Positions 10,085 to 19,701 of a DNA stretch of 64,000 bases are shown piece by piece (the first letter of the stretch is position 1; each line of letters begins with the position of its first letter). Below the pieces are notes generated by a model, which worked only from the letters and a program-made list of their open reading frames with translations, did no database searches and was not told the DNA's origin. Both the position numbers and the translations under genes were made by a program. This stretch comes from an uncultured Roseicyclus sp. (GTDB lineage: Bacteria; Pseudomonadota; Alphaproteobacteria; Rhodobacterales; Rhodobacteraceae), in contig CAYWTM010000004.1 in the NCBI GenBank assembly GCA_964460185.1, positions 3,151-67,150 of the forward strand, given 5' to 3'.

Positions 10085-10969
10085 TCAGCCTTTCACAGAA
10101 CCGGCCATCAGACCGCGGACAAAATAGCGGCCCGCGACGATGTACACGAGGAGGGTGGGACCGGCGGCCATGATGGCGCCCGCGAAATGCACGTTGTATT
10201 CGCGCACACCCGTGGAGGAGTTGACGAGGTTGTTGAGCGCCACCGTCATCGGCGCCGCGCCGCCCGACGCAAAGGACGCGCCGAACAGGAAGTCGTTCCA
10301 GATATTGGTGAACTGCCAGATGCAGCAGACCGCGATGATCGGGCCCGAGCTTGGCAGCATGATCCTGTAGAAGATCTGGAAAAATCCGGCCCCGTCGATC
10401 TGCGCCGCCCGAACCAGTTCGGTCGGGAACGCGGCATAGTAATTGCGGAAATACAGGGTCGAGAACCCGATGCCGTAGACCACGTGAACCAGGATCAGGC
10501 CATAGGTCGTGCCCGCGATATCCAGAATTCCAAGGATCCGCGCCATCGGGATCAGCACGATCTGGAACGGAATGAAGCACGAGAACAACAGCAGGCCAAA
10601 GATCCACGTCGCCCCGCGAAAGTGCCACTTCGTCAGCACATACCCGTTCAGCGCCCCAAGCACGGTCGAAATTGCGACCGCGGGCACCGCCATCGCGATG
10701 GAATTGATGAAATAGGGCCGCAGGCCGGTCGGCTCCACGCCGATCTGGGCGGTGGACCATGCCGACAACCACGGCTCGATCGTCCATTGGCGCGGCAGGG
10801 CAACCATGTTGCCGCCGGTGATCTCTTCCAGTGGCTTGAGCGAGTTCACCAGCATGATCCCGAAGGGCAGCAGGTAGAACAGCGCGAACAGCAACAAGAC
10901 AAGATAGATCAGGGCCCGCGAGACGTTCGAGGATCGGATTGCATTTTCAGTCGATGCGGCAGCCATCAC
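10085..10969 (-). CDS. carbohydrate ABC transporter permease
   Basis: Multi-TM protein with the binding-protein-dependent transport EAA-like loop (AAQIDGAGFFQIFYRIMLP). Confidence 0.9.
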   Translation of the reverse strand: MMAAASTENAIRSSNVSRALIYLVLLLFALFYLLPFGIMLVNSLKPLEEITGGNMVALPRQWTIEPWLSAWSTAQIGVEPTGLRPYFINSIAMAVPAVAISTVLGALNGYVLTKWHFRGATWIFGLLLFSCFIPFQIVLIPMARILGILDIAGTTYGLILVHVVYGIGFSTLYFRNYYAAFPTELVRAAQIDGAGFFQIFYRIMLPSSGPIIAVCCIWQFTNIWNDFLFGASFASGGAAPMTVALNNLVNSSTGVREYNVHFAGAIMAAGPTLLVYIVAGRYFVRGLMAGSVKG

Positions 10970-11874
10970 TTCTTCTCCCGCAATTCGGCATAGAGATACG
11001 GCACCATGATCGCGGCAATCGTCATCAGCATGATCACGGCCGACGAGGCACCGATCCCCATCTGGTTCCGGGTGAACGTGTACGAATACATGAAGGTCGC
11101 AGGCAGCGCCGTGGCATTGCCGGGGCCGCCCCCCGTCAAGGCGATCACAAGGTCATAGGACTTGATCGCAAGGTGCGACAGGATCACGAAGGCCGACAGG
11201 AACGCCGGGCGCAGCTGTGGCAGGATGATCCGCCGATACAGGTTCCAGTTCGATGCCCCATCCATTTGCGCGGCCTTCAGGATCTCGTTGTCGATCCCGC
11301 GCAGCCCGGCCAGAAACATCGCCATCACAAAGCCCGAGCTTTGCCAGACCGCGGCGATGACGATGGTGTAGATCGCCATCTCGCGATCCTTGATCCAGTT
11401 GAAGGTGAAACTCTCCCACCCCCACAGATGCATGGTGTTCTCAAGCCCGATCGCGGGGTCCAGGAACCATTTCCATGCCGTCCCCGTCACGATGAACGAC
11501 AGCGCCATCGGATACAGGAAGATCGGGCGCAGGATGCCTTCGCCCCGGATCTTCTGGTCCAGGAAGATCGCCAGCATCAGGCCGATGACCGTGCTGATCG
11601 CGATGTAGAGCCCCGCGAAGATGGCAAGGTTCCTGACCGCGATATCCCATTCGCGAACCCGGAAGAGGCGGTCGTAATTCTGAAAGCCGACCCATTCGTA
11701 GGACGGCAACATGCGGCTGTTGGTGAAGCTGAGATAGATCGTGAAGGCGATGAAGCCGTAGACGAAGATCACCATCACGGCAAAGGACGGTGCAAGCACG
11801 ATCTTGGGCAGCCAGTTTTGCAAACGCGTGCGGAAATCCACGCCCGTGTCATGCCCGGCGTCGGTTACGGCCAT
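10966..11874 (-). CDS. carbohydrate ABC transporter permease
   Basis: EAA loop AAQMDGASNWNLYRRIILP. The ATG at 11874 is preceded by a GGGGAGGGGG RBS; the longest ORF runs to 11922. Confidence 0.9.
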   Translation of the reverse strand: MAVTDAGHDTGVDFRTRLQNWLPKIVLAPSFAVMVIFVYGFIAFTIYLSFTNSRMLPSYEWVGFQNYDRLFRVREWDIAVRNLAIFAGLYIAISTVIGLMLAIFLDQKIRGEGILRPIFLYPMALSFIVTGTAWKWFLDPAIGLENTMHLWGWESFTFNWIKDREMAIYTIVIAAVWQSSGFVMAMFLAGLRGIDNEILKAAQMDGASNWNLYRRIILPQLRPAFLSAFVILSHLAIKSYDLVIALTGGGPGNATALPATFMYSYTFTRNQMGIGASSAVIMLMTIAAIMVPYLYAELREKK

Positions 11875-11937
11875 GTGGCCCCCTCCCCTGTCTTTGATGT
11901 TGTCTTCGGATCGGGCGCGCACCGCCCGACAAGATGG

Positions 11938-11961
11938 ACCGGCCCTGCGAACAGGGCCGGT
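11938..11961 (-). promoter_or_regulatory. intercistronic GC-rich stem-loop between the SBP and permease genes
   Basis: ACCGGCCCTG-cgaa-CAGGGCCGGT, a perfect 10-bp stem. Confidence 0.6.
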
Positions 11962-11973
11962 CCGGGAAGATGA

Positions 11974-13224
11974 TTACATCGCCAGTTCCACGGCGGTCAC
12001 CATTTCGGCGGCCGCGGTTTCAGCGTCGTATTCCCCGTTGAAATGCGCGGTGATCACGTCATACATCGCGTTCTGCACGGACGGGTTGTTGGCGTGGCCG
12101 TGGGCCATGGAACCAAACAGGGTGCCGTTCGCGCCGGCCTCTGCCAGCTGCGCCATGCCAAGCTGGCCGCAGGCATCGAACGAGGCCGGATCGATATCGG
12201 TCCGCGCGGGAACCGAACCCTTGACCACGTTGAACGCAATCTGGAACTCGGGGCTCAACACGGCCGAAGCCATCGTGACCTGAGAAGCTTGCGCCGCAGG
12301 ATCAGAGACGTTGAACATCGCGAACTGGTCCGAGTTGAAGGTCACGGTGCCTTCGGTGCCGGGCACGCGGAAGCACTGGAATTCCTCACCAGCGGTCTGA
12401 CCCGCGTTCACGAATTCGCCCTTCGCCCAGTCACCCATGATCTGGAACAGCGCATCGCCGTTGATGACCATGGCCGATGCCAGGTTCCAGTCACGACCGG
12501 AGAAGTTGTCATCGACGAAGCCACGCAGGGTTTCCATGCGCTGGAACGCTTCGACCATCAGGTCCGAGCCAAGCGCTTCGGGGTCCAGATCGACCATGGA
12601 GGCCTGGTAGAACTCGGGACCGCCGACGCCCATCACCATCGAATCGAAGATGGTGGCGTCCTGCCAGGCCTGACCGCCATGGGCCAGCGCCGTGTAGCCC
12701 GCATCCTGCGCGGTCTGCATGGCAGCGACGAATTCATCCCAGGTGGTCGGCTGGGAAATGCCCAGTTCTTCCATCAGCGCGGTGTTCGCCCAGACCCAGT
12801 TGGTCGAGTGCACGTTCACAGGTGCCGCAACCCAATGACCATCATAGGTCGAGAACCGCTGCAGCGCCGCGGGAACCACGTCGTTCCAGCCCTGCTCGGC
12901 CGCCAGGTCATCAAGGTTTGCCAGCGCGCCTTCGGCGGCCCAATCCTGGATCGAGAAGCCCAGCATCTGAACGGCGGTCGGCGGATCGCCTGCGGTGACA
13001 CGCGCACGCAGAACGGTCATGGCGTCAGAGCCACCGCCACCTGCGACGGGCATGTCGGTCCAGCCGATGCCGCCGCCGGCCAGGTCTTCGCGCAGAACGT
13101 TCAGAGCGGCAGCTTCACCGCCCGACGTCCACCAATGCAGAACCTCAACGTCCTGTGCCGCGACCGCAGTGGTCGACAACGCCAAAACCGCTGCTGTCAT
13201 GTGCAGTTTCTTCATCATGGTCAT
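11974..13224 (-). CDS. ABC transporter extracellular sugar-binding protein
   Basis: Signal peptide [22 protein letters not shown]. 416 aa family-1 solute-binding protein, located upstream of the permeases. Confidence 0.9.
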   Translation of the reverse strand: MTMMKKLHMTAAVLALSTTAVAAQDVEVLHWWTSGGEAAALNVLREDLAGGGIGWTDMPVAGGGGSDAMTVLRARVTAGDPPTAVQMLGFSIQDWAAEGALANLDDLAAEQGWNDVVPAALQRFSTYDGHWVAAPVNVHSTNWVWANTALMEELGISQPTTWDEFVAAMQTAQDAGYTALAHGGQAWQDATIFDSMVMGVGGPEFYQASMVDLDPEALGSDLMVEAFQRMETLRGFVDDNFSGRDWNLASAMVINGDALFQIMGDWAKGEFVNAGQTAGEEFQCFRVPGTEGTVTFNSDQFAMFNVSDPAAQASQVTMASAVLSPEFQIAFNVVKGSVPARTDIDPASFDACGQLGMAQLAEAGANGTLFGSMAHGHANNPSVQNAMYDVITAHFNGEYDAETAAAEMVTAVELAM

Positions 13225-13267
13225 TCGTAGTCCTCCCTATATGACCGACGCCCTTTCGGGCTTGCGT

Positions 13268-13284
13268 GAATTAAAACGTTATAA
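13268..13284. promoter_or_regulatory. candidate LacI-type operator GAATTAAAACGTTATAA
   Basis: AACGTT palindromic core in the divergent SBP/LacI intergenic region. Related to the site at 13401-13417. Confidence 0.4.
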
Positions 13285-13400
13285 ATGTGCCACTCGTCAA
13301 CCCAAAATTACGCGCATACGCAAAGGGTGCGTATCACAAAACCCTTCTGCTTATGACGCTTCGCCGCGATGCAGCATTTTCACATGCAAGAGATTCCATG

Positions 13401-13417
13401 TTGAAACGTTTGAATTC
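13401..13417. promoter_or_regulatory. candidate LacI-type operator TTGAAACGTTTGAATTC
   Basis: AAACGTTT perfect 8-bp palindrome. The reverse complement GAATTCAAACGTTTCAA resembles the site at 13268. Confidence 0.45.
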
Positions 13418-13426
13418 CCCGTCATT

Positions 13427-14491
13427 ATGACCACACCCGAAACCGCGAGGCGTTTGCGTGTCATGAGCGACCAGATCGACGATGGAGCCCTGTCGCATAC
13501 GGGCGACAAACCCACCCTGCGCACGGTGGCGCAGGATACGGGTTTCGCCGTCGCGACCGTATCGCGCGCGCTGTCGGGCGATCAGCGAATCGCGGCAAAG
13601 ACACGCGCGATCGTGGCCGAGGCCGCCGAGAGGCTGGGATACATCCCGGACCGCGCCGCGCGACGCCTGCGCACCGGACGCACGCAGGTGATATCGCTTC
13701 TGTTGAACACCGAGCATGAATTCCTGGGATTTACCCACGAATTCCTCAGCGGAATCACCGACGCGCTGGCCGGCACGGGCTATGCCGTTAGCGTCGTGCC
13801 CGATGATGTGGGCGACGACAGGCTGCGCCCGGTCAAGGCGATCTTGCGCAACAATCTTGCCGACGGGATCCTGTTCACCCGGACCGAGGCATTCGACCCC
13901 CGCGCGCGCCTGTTGATGGAGGCCGATTTCCCTTTCGTGTCCCATGGCCGGACCGAATTCACGACCCCCCATCCATGGGTCGATTTCGACAACGAAGCCT
14001 TTGCCCGCCGCGCCGTCGAGCGCCTGGTTTCGCAGGGCCGCAAACGAATCAGCCTCGTTCTTCCGGGCGACCGTTTCACCTTCACGCAGCATCTGCGCTA
14101 CGGGTTCCTGACCGCTGTTCGCGCGGCTGGCGTGGAACACGAGATCGTGGCGGGCGTCACGCTCGACAGCCCCACCGCCGACATCGCGGCGGCCATGACC
14201 CGCGCGCGGCACGGGCCGACCCCGCCGGACGGATATGTCTGCGTGGGCGAGGTCACGGCCATGGTGACCCTTGCGTGCCTGGCCGATACCGGGGCGGTGC
14301 CCGGCGTCGACGCCGATATCGTGGCCAAACGGGCCTCGCCGATTTTCGACAACATCCGCCCGCGCATCGACACCGCCTACGAGGATCTGCGCGCGACGGG
14401 CCATGCCATGGCCGCGATGCTGTTGCGCCGCATGAGCGGTGAACCGCCCAGGGACCTGCACCAGCTGTTCAAGCCTGATCCGACATTCTGA
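13427..14491 (+). CDS. LacI-family transcriptional regulator
   Basis: HTH (PTLRTVAQDTGFAVATVSRALSG). Start is ATG 13427 or ATG 13463. The ORF-track extension back to 12995 is antisense to the SBP gene and is rejected. Confidence 0.9.
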   Translation: MTTPETARRLRVMSDQIDDGALSHTGDKPTLRTVAQDTGFAVATVSRALSGDQRIAAKTRAIVAEAAERLGYIPDRAARRLRTGRTQVISLLLNTEHEFLGFTHEFLSGITDALAGTGYAVSVVPDDVGDDRLRPVKAILRNNLADGILFTRTEAFDPRARLLMEADFPFVSHGRTEFTTPHPWVDFDNEAFARRAVERLVSQGRKRISLVLPGDRFTFTQHLRYGFLTAVRAAGVEHEIVAGVTLDSPTADIAAAMTRARHGPTPPDGYVCVGEVTAMVTLACLADTGAVPGVDADIVAKRASPIFDNIRPRIDTAYEDLRATGHAMAAMLLRRMSGEPPRDLHQLFKPDPTF

Positions 14492-14505
14492 CCGGCGATG
14501 CCGCA

Positions 14506-16026
14506 TCACGCCACCCATGCCCCTCGCGTGTTGCCGATGCGCATCTGGACGGTCTTGACCTCCAGGTATTCCTCGATGCCATAGCGGCCCAGTTCGCGGC
14601 CCTGCCCGCTCTCCTTGACGCCGCCAAAAGGCAGCTCCGAAAATCCGTCCATCCAGGTGTTGGTCCAGACGGTTCCCGCCTGCACCCGACGCGCGAAATC
14701 CAGGCAGGTCGACATGTCGCGGCTCCAGACACCGGCGCTCAGCCCGTAGGCGGCGGTATTGGCCAGCGCGATGGCCTCGTCGGCTGTCTTGAAGGTCAGG
14801 ACCGAAAGGACCGGGCCGAACACCTCTTCCCGCGCAATGGGCATGTCTGGGCGCACATGGGTGACGATCGTGGGCTGGTAGAACTGCGATCCAAGGCCAG
14901 ACACCTCCAGCGCGGCACCGCCAAGCGCCACCTTTGCGCCATCGGCCACGGCCGCCTGCACATAACCGTCGATCTTGGACAGATGATCGGGGCTGATGAT
15001 CGCGCCCACCTGCGTTGCCGGGTCCAGCGGATCGCCGAACGGCACGCGGCGCGACAGGGCCACCACCTTGGCGGTCAGGGCCTCGGCCACGTCGTCATGC
15101 ACGATGATCCGGCTGCCGGAATTGCAGCATTCACCGGCGTTGAAATAGACCCCGAACACGATCGCGTCCGCCGCCTGGTCCAGATCGGCATCGGGAAAGA
15201 TCACCTGCGGGTTCTTGCCACCCAGTTCCAACGACACTTTCTTGAGCGTCGCGGACGCGGCCGCCGTGATGCGTTTGCCCACGCCGGTCGACCCGGTGAA
15301 ACTGACCATGTCCACGCGGGGATCGGTGGTCAGGATCTCGCCGACCGGGTCGCCAAAGCCAAGAACGATGTTCACCACCCCCTCGGGCAGGCCCGCCTCT
15401 TGCAGCAGCCCCCCCAGCATCACGGTGGTTCCGGGCGTCAGTTCCGACGGCTTGACCACCGCCGTGCACCCGGCCGCCAGCGCAAATGGCAGTTTCTGGC
15501 TGATGATCAGGAACGGAAAATTCCACGGCGCGATCAGCGACACGACACCAATCGGTTCCTTCAGCACAAGGCCCAGCATGTCCGGGCCCAGCGTATTGTG
15601 ACTGTCGCCGTGCAAGGTGCGCGCCAGCGCGGCGGCATAGCGCCAGATGTCGGCAGCCCCCTCGATCTCGGCCATCGCCTGGCTGATCGGTTTGCCCGAT
15701 TCCAGCGTTTCCTGCCGGGCAATCGCGGCGCGGTCCCTGTCGATCAGATCTGCGACCTTCAACAGCAGCGTCGCGCGATCCTTGCCAGAGCCTTGCGGCC
15801 AGTGACCGGCGTCAAACGCCGACCGGGCGGCCGCAATCGCCGCCTCGGCCTCGACCTTGCCCCCCCTTGCGGCGCGGCTGACCGGCACCCCATGGGCGGG
15901 CGACGCCCGCTCGGTCATGGCCCCATCGGCGCTGTCGACCCAATCGCCGCCGATCAGGTGACGCAGCACCATCGGCGCAGCGGGCAAATCGGCGTTGGCC
16001 GAGGGAATGATGGTCAGATCAAGCAT
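14506..16026 (-). CDS. NAD(P)-dependent aldehyde dehydrogenase
   Basis: ALDH motifs FTGSTGVGK, ELGGKNP and GECCNSGSR (catalytic Cys). Confidence 0.95.
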   Translation of the reverse strand: MLDLTIIPSANADLPAAPMVLRHLIGGDWVDSADGAMTERASPAHGVPVSRAARGGKVEAEAAIAAARSAFDAGHWPQGSGKDRATLLLKVADLIDRDRAAIARQETLESGKPISQAMAEIEGAADIWRYAAALARTLHGDSHNTLGPDMLGLVLKEPIGVVSLIAPWNFPFLIISQKLPFALAAGCTAVVKPSELTPGTTVMLGGLLQEAGLPEGVVNIVLGFGDPVGEILTTDPRVDMVSFTGSTGVGKRITAAASATLKKVSLELGGKNPQVIFPDADLDQAADAIVFGVYFNAGECCNSGSRIIVHDDVAEALTAKVVALSRRVPFGDPLDPATQVGAIISPDHLSKIDGYVQAAVADGAKVALGGAALEVSGLGSQFYQPTIVTHVRPDMPIAREEVFGPVLSVLTFKTADEAIALANTAAYGLSAGVWSRDMSTCLDFARRVQAGTVWTNTWMDGFSELPFGGVKESGQGRELGRYGIEEYLEVKTVQMRIGNTRGAWVA

Positions 16027-16029
16027 CGG

Positions 16030-16797
16030 TCAGGACCCCGGAAATTGTGGTTTGCGTTTCTCGGCAAAGGCCGCGACGCCTTCGGCCTTGTCGTGGCTGG
16101 CGCCGATCATGCCGCCGCCCAGCGCCTCGATCATGGCACCGCGATCTTCACCCACCGCCGCGTGGATCTGGTATTTCGCCACCTCGATGGCGCGCGGGCT
16201 GGACCCGAGCAGGCCGGACGCGATGCCCCGGGCGCTGGCCAACGGGTCATCCGCCACCTCTGCCACGAAGCCCAGCGCAAAAGCACGGTCCGCCGAAAGC
16301 CTGCGCCCGAACAGCGCCATGTCCTTCAACACCGGCTCCGGCAGCAGCCGGGCAAGCCGTTGGGTGCCCGACCAACCGGGCACGATGCCCACCTGAGCCT
16401 CTGGCAGCGCCAGGTGGGCCGCGGGCGACATCACCCGCATATCGCAGGCCGCGGCCAGTTCCAGGCCGCCGCCAAAGGCATGGGCCTGGATCACGGCGAT
16501 CGTGGGCTTGGACAACCGCGCCAGCCGGTCAAAGACCCGGTGCCCTTCGCGGACCCAGTGCCGCGCGAAATCAAAGGGCGACAGCGCGGCCCAGGCCTTG
16601 ATATCGGCCCCGGCACAAAAGGCGCGATCCCCTTGCGAGGTCACGATGACACAGCGCACATCGCGGTCCTGGTCCACAGTTGCGCAATGCGCCTCGAGCG
16701 ATCTCAACATCTCGGGGGTGAAGGCATTCAGCTTGCCGGGGTTGTCCAGCGCGATCCGCGCGATCCCGTCTGCGATATCAAGATGCACGGCGCTCAC
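16030..16797 (-). CDS. enoyl-CoA hydratase/isomerase (crotonase) family protein
   Basis: FCAGADIKAW and AFGGGLELAAACD crotonase motifs. Confidence 0.9.
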   Translation of the reverse strand: MSAVHLDIADGIARIALDNPGKLNAFTPEMLRSLEAHCATVDQDRDVRCVIVTSQGDRAFCAGADIKAWAALSPFDFARHWVREGHRVFDRLARLSKPTIAVIQAHAFGGGLELAAACDMRVMSPAAHLALPEAQVGIVPGWSGTQRLARLLPEPVLKDMALFGRRLSADRAFALGFVAEVADDPLASARGIASGLLGSSPRAIEVAKYQIHAAVGEDRGAMIEALGGGMIGASHDKAEGVAAFAEKRKPQFPGS

Positions 16798-18365
16798 AGG
16801 ACCAGCCCCATCGGCGCATCGCGCAAGATCGCCGCCGGAATGCGCGTCGCGTTTTCGGCCACGCCGACACGCCCATGGGACGCCGACACGATATCGCGCG
16901 CGGGGTCGATCCCCGGCATGATCTCGGTCGCCACCAACCCCGCATCGGTCAACCGGATCACGCAGCGTTCGGTCACGTACAGAACATCCTGCCCCTGTTC
17001 GAGCGCGCGCTTGCCCGAAAAGGTCACATGCTCCACCGCCTCGACCATCTTGGTGAACTTGCCGGGGCTGGCCACGCGCAACCCCTCGTCATCCAGCTCA
17101 AGCTGCGCACCCGCTTCGAAATACCCCGAGAATACGATCTTTTTCGCATGCGCGGTGATGTCGACAAATCCCCCGCAGCCGGCGGTCAGGTAGGGCTTTT
17201 TTCCAAGCTTGGAGACATTGACATTGCCCTCCACGTCGACCTCCAGAAACGACAGGAAAGACTGATCGAACCCGCCGCCCTGAAAATAGGTGAACTGGTT
17301 CGGGCTTGGCACGAAAGCATCGGCATTCGATGCGCAGCCAAACGCAAACCCGGTCAGCGGCATGCCCCCGACAGCGCCCTGTTCGATGGCCCATGTGACG
17401 GCTTGCGCATGGCCTTCTTCCAGCAAGATGCGCGGCACCATGGCCGAGATGCCAAAGCCCAGGTTGGCCGTTTGCCCGGCCTTCAATTCCATGGCCGCGC
17501 GTCGGGCGATGATCTTTTCGACGCCATGTTCGGCCAGGGAGAAACTGTCCCACGGGCGCATGATCTCGCCCGAGATGGCGGGGTCATAGGGCGTTTCGGT
17601 GGTCTGTTTCTGGTCGGGCGCGACCACGATCAGATCCACCAGGTGCCCCGGAACACGCACATCATGGGGCCTCAGGCTGCCGGACGCCGTCATGCGTTTG
17701 ACCTGCGCGATAACCAGCCCGCCATTGTTGCGCACCGCGATGGCCTGGTCGAGCGCCCCCAGATACGCGCCCTCATGCTCGTAGGTCAGGTTGCCCTTTT
17801 CATCCGCCGTGGTCGCGCGGATGATCGCGACGTCGGGCGCGATATTGGGGAAATGCAGCCATGTCTTGCCGTCGAATTCCTGCCGCCGGACAATCGGCGC
17901 CGCGGCGCCGCGCGCGTTCATCGCGCAGCCTTCGCGGATCGGATCGACAAAGGTATCCAGACCCACCTGCGTCATCACGCCGGGCTTTCGCGCGGCCACG
18001 TCACGGTGCATGTCGAACAAGATGCCCGATGGAACGTTGTAGGCGGCGACGCGATCCTCGGTCACCATTTTCCAGATTTCAGGCATGGGCAGGTTCGACG
18101 GCCCGGACGGATAGCTGCCCGCGATGATCCGGCTCAGCAGACCGTCCCTTGCGATGTGATCGATACCCTTGACGCCATACATGTCACCGGCCGCAATAGG
18201 GTGAAGCGTGGTCAGATCTCGCGGATGCCCTTCGGCCTCGAACCGCTCGCCCATCGCCTGTAGCACCGCATCGGGGCACCCCAATGCGGAAGAGGACGAT
18301 ACCGTGACGACCGCGCCATCGGCTATGCGGGCAACGGCCCGGGCCGCGCTGACATGCTTTCCCAT
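16794..18365 (-). CDS. acyl-CoA:acetate/3-ketoacid CoA-transferase, fused alpha-beta (YdiF-like)
   Basis: 523 aa family-I CoA-transferase organisation (...GGFVDI...). Confidence 0.8.
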   Translation of the reverse strand: MGKHVSAARAVARIADGAVVTVSSSSALGCPDAVLQAMGERFEAEGHPRDLTTLHPIAAGDMYGVKGIDHIARDGLLSRIIAGSYPSGPSNLPMPEIWKMVTEDRVAAYNVPSGILFDMHRDVAARKPGVMTQVGLDTFVDPIREGCAMNARGAAAPIVRRQEFDGKTWLHFPNIAPDVAIIRATTADEKGNLTYEHEGAYLGALDQAIAVRNNGGLVIAQVKRMTASGSLRPHDVRVPGHLVDLIVVAPDQKQTTETPYDPAISGEIMRPWDSFSLAEHGVEKIIARRAAMELKAGQTANLGFGISAMVPRILLEEGHAQAVTWAIEQGAVGGMPLTGFAFGCASNADAFVPSPNQFTYFQGGGFDQSFLSFLEVDVEGNVNVSKLGKKPYLTAGCGGFVDITAHAKKIVFSGYFEAGAQLELDDEGLRVASPGKFTKMVEAVEHVTFSGKRALEQGQDVLYVTERCVIRLTDAGLVATEIMPGIDPARDIVSASHGRVGVAENATRIPAAILRDAPMGLVL

Positions 18366-18368
18366 GGC

Positions 18369-19367
18369 CTAGATGCCCCCGTAATCCACGGCGACGCGGC
18401 GGCCTGTTCGCGCCGCCTCGGCAACGGCGGATGCAACGGCCAGCGACTTGACGCCATCGACACCGTCGGCGGCGGGTCGGCCCTTGCCGGTCACGGCCTC
18501 GGCGAACAGGCGCACGGATCGGTCATAGAGGTTGTGGTCCGAGAACGGGATCGCCTGCTCTCCATGCTCGGTTCTCAGGATGACCTCGCCGATCGGGCGT
18601 TGGGTCATGACATTCCTCGCAAGGATCGATCCATCGGTGCCGTGCACCTCGATCCCCGTGCCCGCAAAGGCGTGGGTAAAGCTTTCATGGGCTTGCACCA
18701 TGACGCCCGATGGCATGGTCCAGACCGACATGACGCTGTCTTCGACGCCCTGACCCATCCCCGACGACCCGTCGATGGCCACAACCTCTGCCGGGTCCTC
18801 GCCCAGATGGAAGCGAACTGTATCGGCGTCGTGAACCACGATATCGGGGATCACGCCGCCACCCGCCGACGGGTTGTCGATGCGCCAGCCCTGCAGGAAG
18901 GGCGGCAGGAACACCGCGTGAAACACCCGTATGCTCAAGACCTCGCCGATACGGCCGGATTGGACCGCCTCGCGGATGGCCAGGTGCGAACCCGCATTGC
19001 GAAGATGGTGATTTGTGCCAAAGGTCACGCCCGCCTCGGCCGCGGCGCGCACCATGGTCACCGCATCTTCGACTTTCATCGCGAGCGGCTTTTCGCACAA
19101 CACATGCTTGCCCGCCGCGATGGCGGCCATGGCTTGCGGAAAGTGCTTTTCATTGGTGGTCGAGATGTAGACCGCTTCGACGCTCTCGTCGTCCAACAGG
19201 GCGTTCAGGTCAGTGAACCCCGCTGCAATGTCGTGTTCTTCGGCATAAGACGCCGCGCGGTCCGCATGCGAGCTCAGCACCGAGGCGATCTCGCCGCCCT
19301 GCCCCCGGATGGCGCGGATCATGTGGTTCGCCGCGATAGAGCTTGCGCCAATCAATCCCCACTTCAT
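18369..19367 (-). CDS. Gfo/Idh/MocA-family oxidoreductase
   Basis: MKWGLIGASSIA N-terminal Rossmann fold and EKPLA motif. Start ATG at 19367; the longest ORF runs to 19397. Confidence 0.9.
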   Translation of the reverse strand: MKWGLIGASSIAANHMIRAIRGQGGEIASVLSSHADRAASYAEEHDIAAGFTDLNALLDDESVEAVYISTTNEKHFPQAMAAIAAGKHVLCEKPLAMKVEDAVTMVRAAAEAGVTFGTNHHLRNAGSHLAIREAVQSGRIGEVLSIRVFHAVFLPPFLQGWRIDNPSAGGGVIPDIVVHDADTVRFHLGEDPAEVVAIDGSSGMGQGVEDSVMSVWTMPSGVMVQAHESFTHAFAGTGIEVHGTDGSILARNVMTQRPIGEVILRTEHGEQAIPFSDHNLYDRSVRLFAEAVTGKGRPAADGVDGVKSLAVASAVAEAARTGRRVAVDYGGI

Positions 19368-19413
19368 GCGGAGCCTCCTCCCTGTTTCGCCCAGCATCCG
19401 ACTCAGCAGATTT

Positions 19414-19428
19414 CTGGATCGTTCCCAT
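19414..19428. promoter_or_regulatory. degenerate copy of the LacI-type operator (CTGGATCGTTCCCAT)
   Basis: 13 of 15 identical to TTGGATCGTTCCAAT. Lies 22 bp (start to start) from the perfect copy. Confidence 0.45.
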
Positions 19429-19435
19429 AGAATTA

Positions 19436-19450
19436 TTGGATCGTTCCAAT
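19436..19450. promoter_or_regulatory. candidate LacI-type operator TTGGATCGTTCCAAT
   Basis: Exact repeat of 8902-8916, about 70 bp upstream of the Gfo/Idh/MocA start. Confidence 0.55.
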
Positions 19451-19701
19451 TCGCCTGTCAAGTCGCCCCTTGGACGCGGGGAAATGGCCGCATGTATCGG
19501 GAATTCGTCTGGTGTCTTCGGAGCCAAGACCGTGAACGCCACCCCATGCAAACACGTTCCCTTGCTGCACGCCGGCGCATGCTTGACCTTAATATATAAA
19601 TATAGCTTATTGATAGCAGCAGCCAAACGTGCAGCCCCGCAATGGTGACTCCCGGATGATGGCCGCATGGCTTACACTGACGTCGGCGGGAGGGGCCGGT
19701 T

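Noticed and set aside
12995-13426. N-terminal extensions of track ORFs. Examples: 12995-14491, 390-1436, 20166-21032, 20941-21849, 22398-23726, 36213-37277 and 45233-47233.
   Set aside because: The extensions overlap neighbouring genes or intergenic regulatory DNA and have junk-like composition. Internal ATG or GTG codons with RBS-like sequences, or with start/stop overlaps to the upstream gene, give family-typical N-termini.
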